Source of the DNA: Pseudomonadota bacterium
GTDB taxonomy: Bacteria; Bdellovibrionota; FAC87; UBA2466
Direction: 5' to 3'
NCBI GenBank assembly: GCA_043767805.1
Contig: JAYUGC010000033.1
Location: 1-16,655, forward strand
DNA: 16,655 nucleotides
Positions 15,023-16,655 of this stretch are shown one piece after another. The translations under genes were made by a program, and so were the position numbers. The notes under the pieces were generated by a model, which worked only from the letters and a program-made list of their open reading frames with translations, was not told where the DNA came from and searched no databases. Every line of letters starts with the position of its first letter. Within the stretch, counting starts at the first letter, position 1.

Positions 15023-16353
15023 ATGTGATCGAGCCCAATGAGCTCGATGTTTTTCAGAGTCGAGAGCTCCTTCTTCACTTTAGAAGGAACGAACGCGCGC
15101 TGTAAGCCGATGCGGGTGGCTTCCTTGATCCGCTCCGCCGCCCGGGGAACGCTGCGGATTTCTCCGCCGAGACCGACTTCGCCGAAGAAAACCGCGGAAG
15201 GGTCGGCGGGCTTTCCCTGGTAACTCGAGATGAGCGCGCCGACGACGCCGAGATCGGCCGCCGGTTCGACGAGTCTCAAGCCGCCCGCGACGTTAACGTA
15301 AACGTCTTGGTCGAAGAGACGGAAGCCGCCGCGCTTTTCCAAGATGGCGCAAAGGAGCGAAACCCGGTTCGGATCGAGGCCGATGGCGGTTCGCCGGGGA
15401 ATCGCAAGCGAAGTGGACGACGCCAGGGCTTGAATCTCGACTAAGAGTGGTCGCGTGCCTTCGAGGGTCGCTACGATTACCGAGCCCGCGATTTTCTGCG
15501 GACGCTCAGAGAGAAAAAGCTCGGAAGGATTGGAAACTTGTTTCATGCCGGCCGACACCATTTCGAAAACACCCACTTCATTCGTGGAGCCGAAGCGATT
15601 CTTGATAGAGCGCAAAAGGCGGAACGATTGAGAGTTGGTTCCTTCGAAATAGAGAACCACGTCCACCATGTGCTCGAGCACTTTCGGTCCCGCGATCGAC
15701 CCTTCTTTCGTAACGTGACCCACTAAGAAGGTGGCGATGCTGCGATTTTTGGCGAGATGAATGATTTCGTTCGCGCACTCTCGAAGCTGTCCGACGCTTC
15801 CGGCTTGGGAGGCGAGCTCGCTGCTGTGCACCGTTTGAATGGAGTCGATGACGAGTAAGTCGGGCTTCAAGGTATCGACATGCTCGATGACCTTTTCGAG
15901 GATGGTTTCGGAAACGACGAGCAGCTCGTTTTGCTTCACGCCTAAGCGCGCCGCGCGCAACCCGATTTGCGAGGTGGATTCCTCGCCGCTCACGTACAAA
16001 ATCTTCTTTCCCGATTTTGCGTACTGATCGGTCACTTGGAGAAGCAACGTGGACTTACCCACGCCAGGCTCGCCACCAAGAAGGACCACGCTGCCCGGGA
16101 CCAAACCACCGCCGAGCACGTTGTCCCATTCACTCAAGTCCGTGCCGTAGCGCCGGTACTCTTGGGTCGCGAGCTGAGAAATCGGCAGGGGCCGCGAGGC
16201 GCCTTCGGCTCCGGGCGCGGAGGCGCCAGACTTCTTCGCCGCCGCCCTTTCCTCGACGACGCTATTCCAAGCGCCGCATTCCTGGCAGCGTCCCATCCAT
16301 TTCGAGTACTGCTGGCCGCATTGCTGGCAGGCAAAAACCCATTTCTCTTTCAT
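14998..16353 (-). CDS. radA: DNA repair protein RadA/Sms
   Basis: 451 aa; C4 zinc finger CQQC..KWMGRCQEC, Walker A GEPGVGKST, KNRFG motif, Lon-like C-terminus GEVGLGGEIR. Confidence 0.96.
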   Translation of the reverse strand: MKEKWVFACQQCGQQYSKWMGRCQECGAWNSVVEERAAAKKSGASAPGAEGASRPLPISQLATQEYRRYGTDLSEWDNVLGGGLVPGSVVLLGGEPGVGKSTLLLQVTDQYAKSGKKILYVSGEESTSQIGLRAARLGVKQNELLVVSETILEKVIEHVDTLKPDLLVIDSIQTVHSSELASQAGSVGQLRECANEIIHLAKNRSIATFLVGHVTKEGSIAGPKVLEHMVDVVLYFEGTNSQSFRLLRSIKNRFGSTNEVGVFEMVSAGMKQVSNPSELFLSERPQKIAGSVIVATLEGTRPLLVEIQALASSTSLAIPRRTAIGLDPNRVSLLCAILEKRGGFRLFDQDVYVNVAGGLRLVEPAADLGVVGALISSYQGKPADPSAVFFGEVGLGGEIRSVPRAAERIKEATRIGLQRAFVPSKVKKELSTLKNIELIGLDHIQDLADKI

Positions 16354-16517
16354 CCCTCCAACGTGGGCGAACGCCGACTGGGCGTCAAGCAGAGTGGGAA
16401 GCGCGCGTAATCCCTAAAATTATCTCGAGAGAATTTGCGCGGTTCTGGGCTGCCGGTCCGGCGTCTTCTCAATTACGAACTGCCTCCCGGGCCGGCCACC
16501 GACCCGATCTAGGTGGA

Positions 16518-16545
16518 TTGAAAAAAAGGTTCGGTCTGCTACACT
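16518..16545 (+). promoter_or_regulatory. Putative sigma70 promoter for a transcript running out of the window
   Basis: TTGAAA (16518-16523), 16 nt, TACACT (16540-16545) with extended TGn; followed by hairpin TCGAGAC-N7-GTCTCGA (16555-16575). Confidence 0.5.
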
Positions 16546-16655
16546 AAAAGTAAGTCGAGACTTTCCACGTCTCGAACCTCCAACAGACCCAATAAAAATC
16601 ACCTAAACCTTAAAGAGCAGCACCAGACCGGGGCCTTGGCACGTGGCGCATTCTT

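Noticed and set aside
16017..16602. Short ORFs overlapping the radA 5' end and upstream gap (16017-16547 +, 16420-16602 -)
   Set aside because: Low-complexity Arg/Pro/Ser-rich translations with no RBS or motifs; they conflict with radA or promoter elements.

Overview
Bacterial chromosomal window, moderately GC-rich. The gene content (TIGR02147-type HTH protein, GGNGG-motif secreted protein, stand-alone FliG-C protein, TIGR02757) suggests a Bdellovibrionota/Oligoflexia-like or related deltaproteobacterial genome; this is inference. The backbone is housekeeping: potA-like ABC ATPase, cstA, class I ribonucleotide reductase nrdAB, HIT hydrolase, CoA-type Nudix, rlmE, TIGR02757, FliG-C protein, glpK and radA. 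An accessory block at about 2980-6650 sits between cstA and nrdB and is bounded by two hairpins. It has a promoter region packed with TGTTT/AAACA inverted repeats, then three tightly coupled genes: secreted VWA plus two Ig-like repeats, a TIGR02147-like HTH protein, and a secreted GGNGG/HExxY plus Ig-like protein. A small secreted orphan follows. The HTH gene has an in-frame TAA just before its conserved C-terminal motif. Other unexplained structure: a nested, switch-like 5' leader with NrdR-box-like sites before nrdA, and a structured 196-bp gap between the convergent Nudix and rlmE genes. No rRNA, tRNA, CRISPR array, transposase or integrase was seen.
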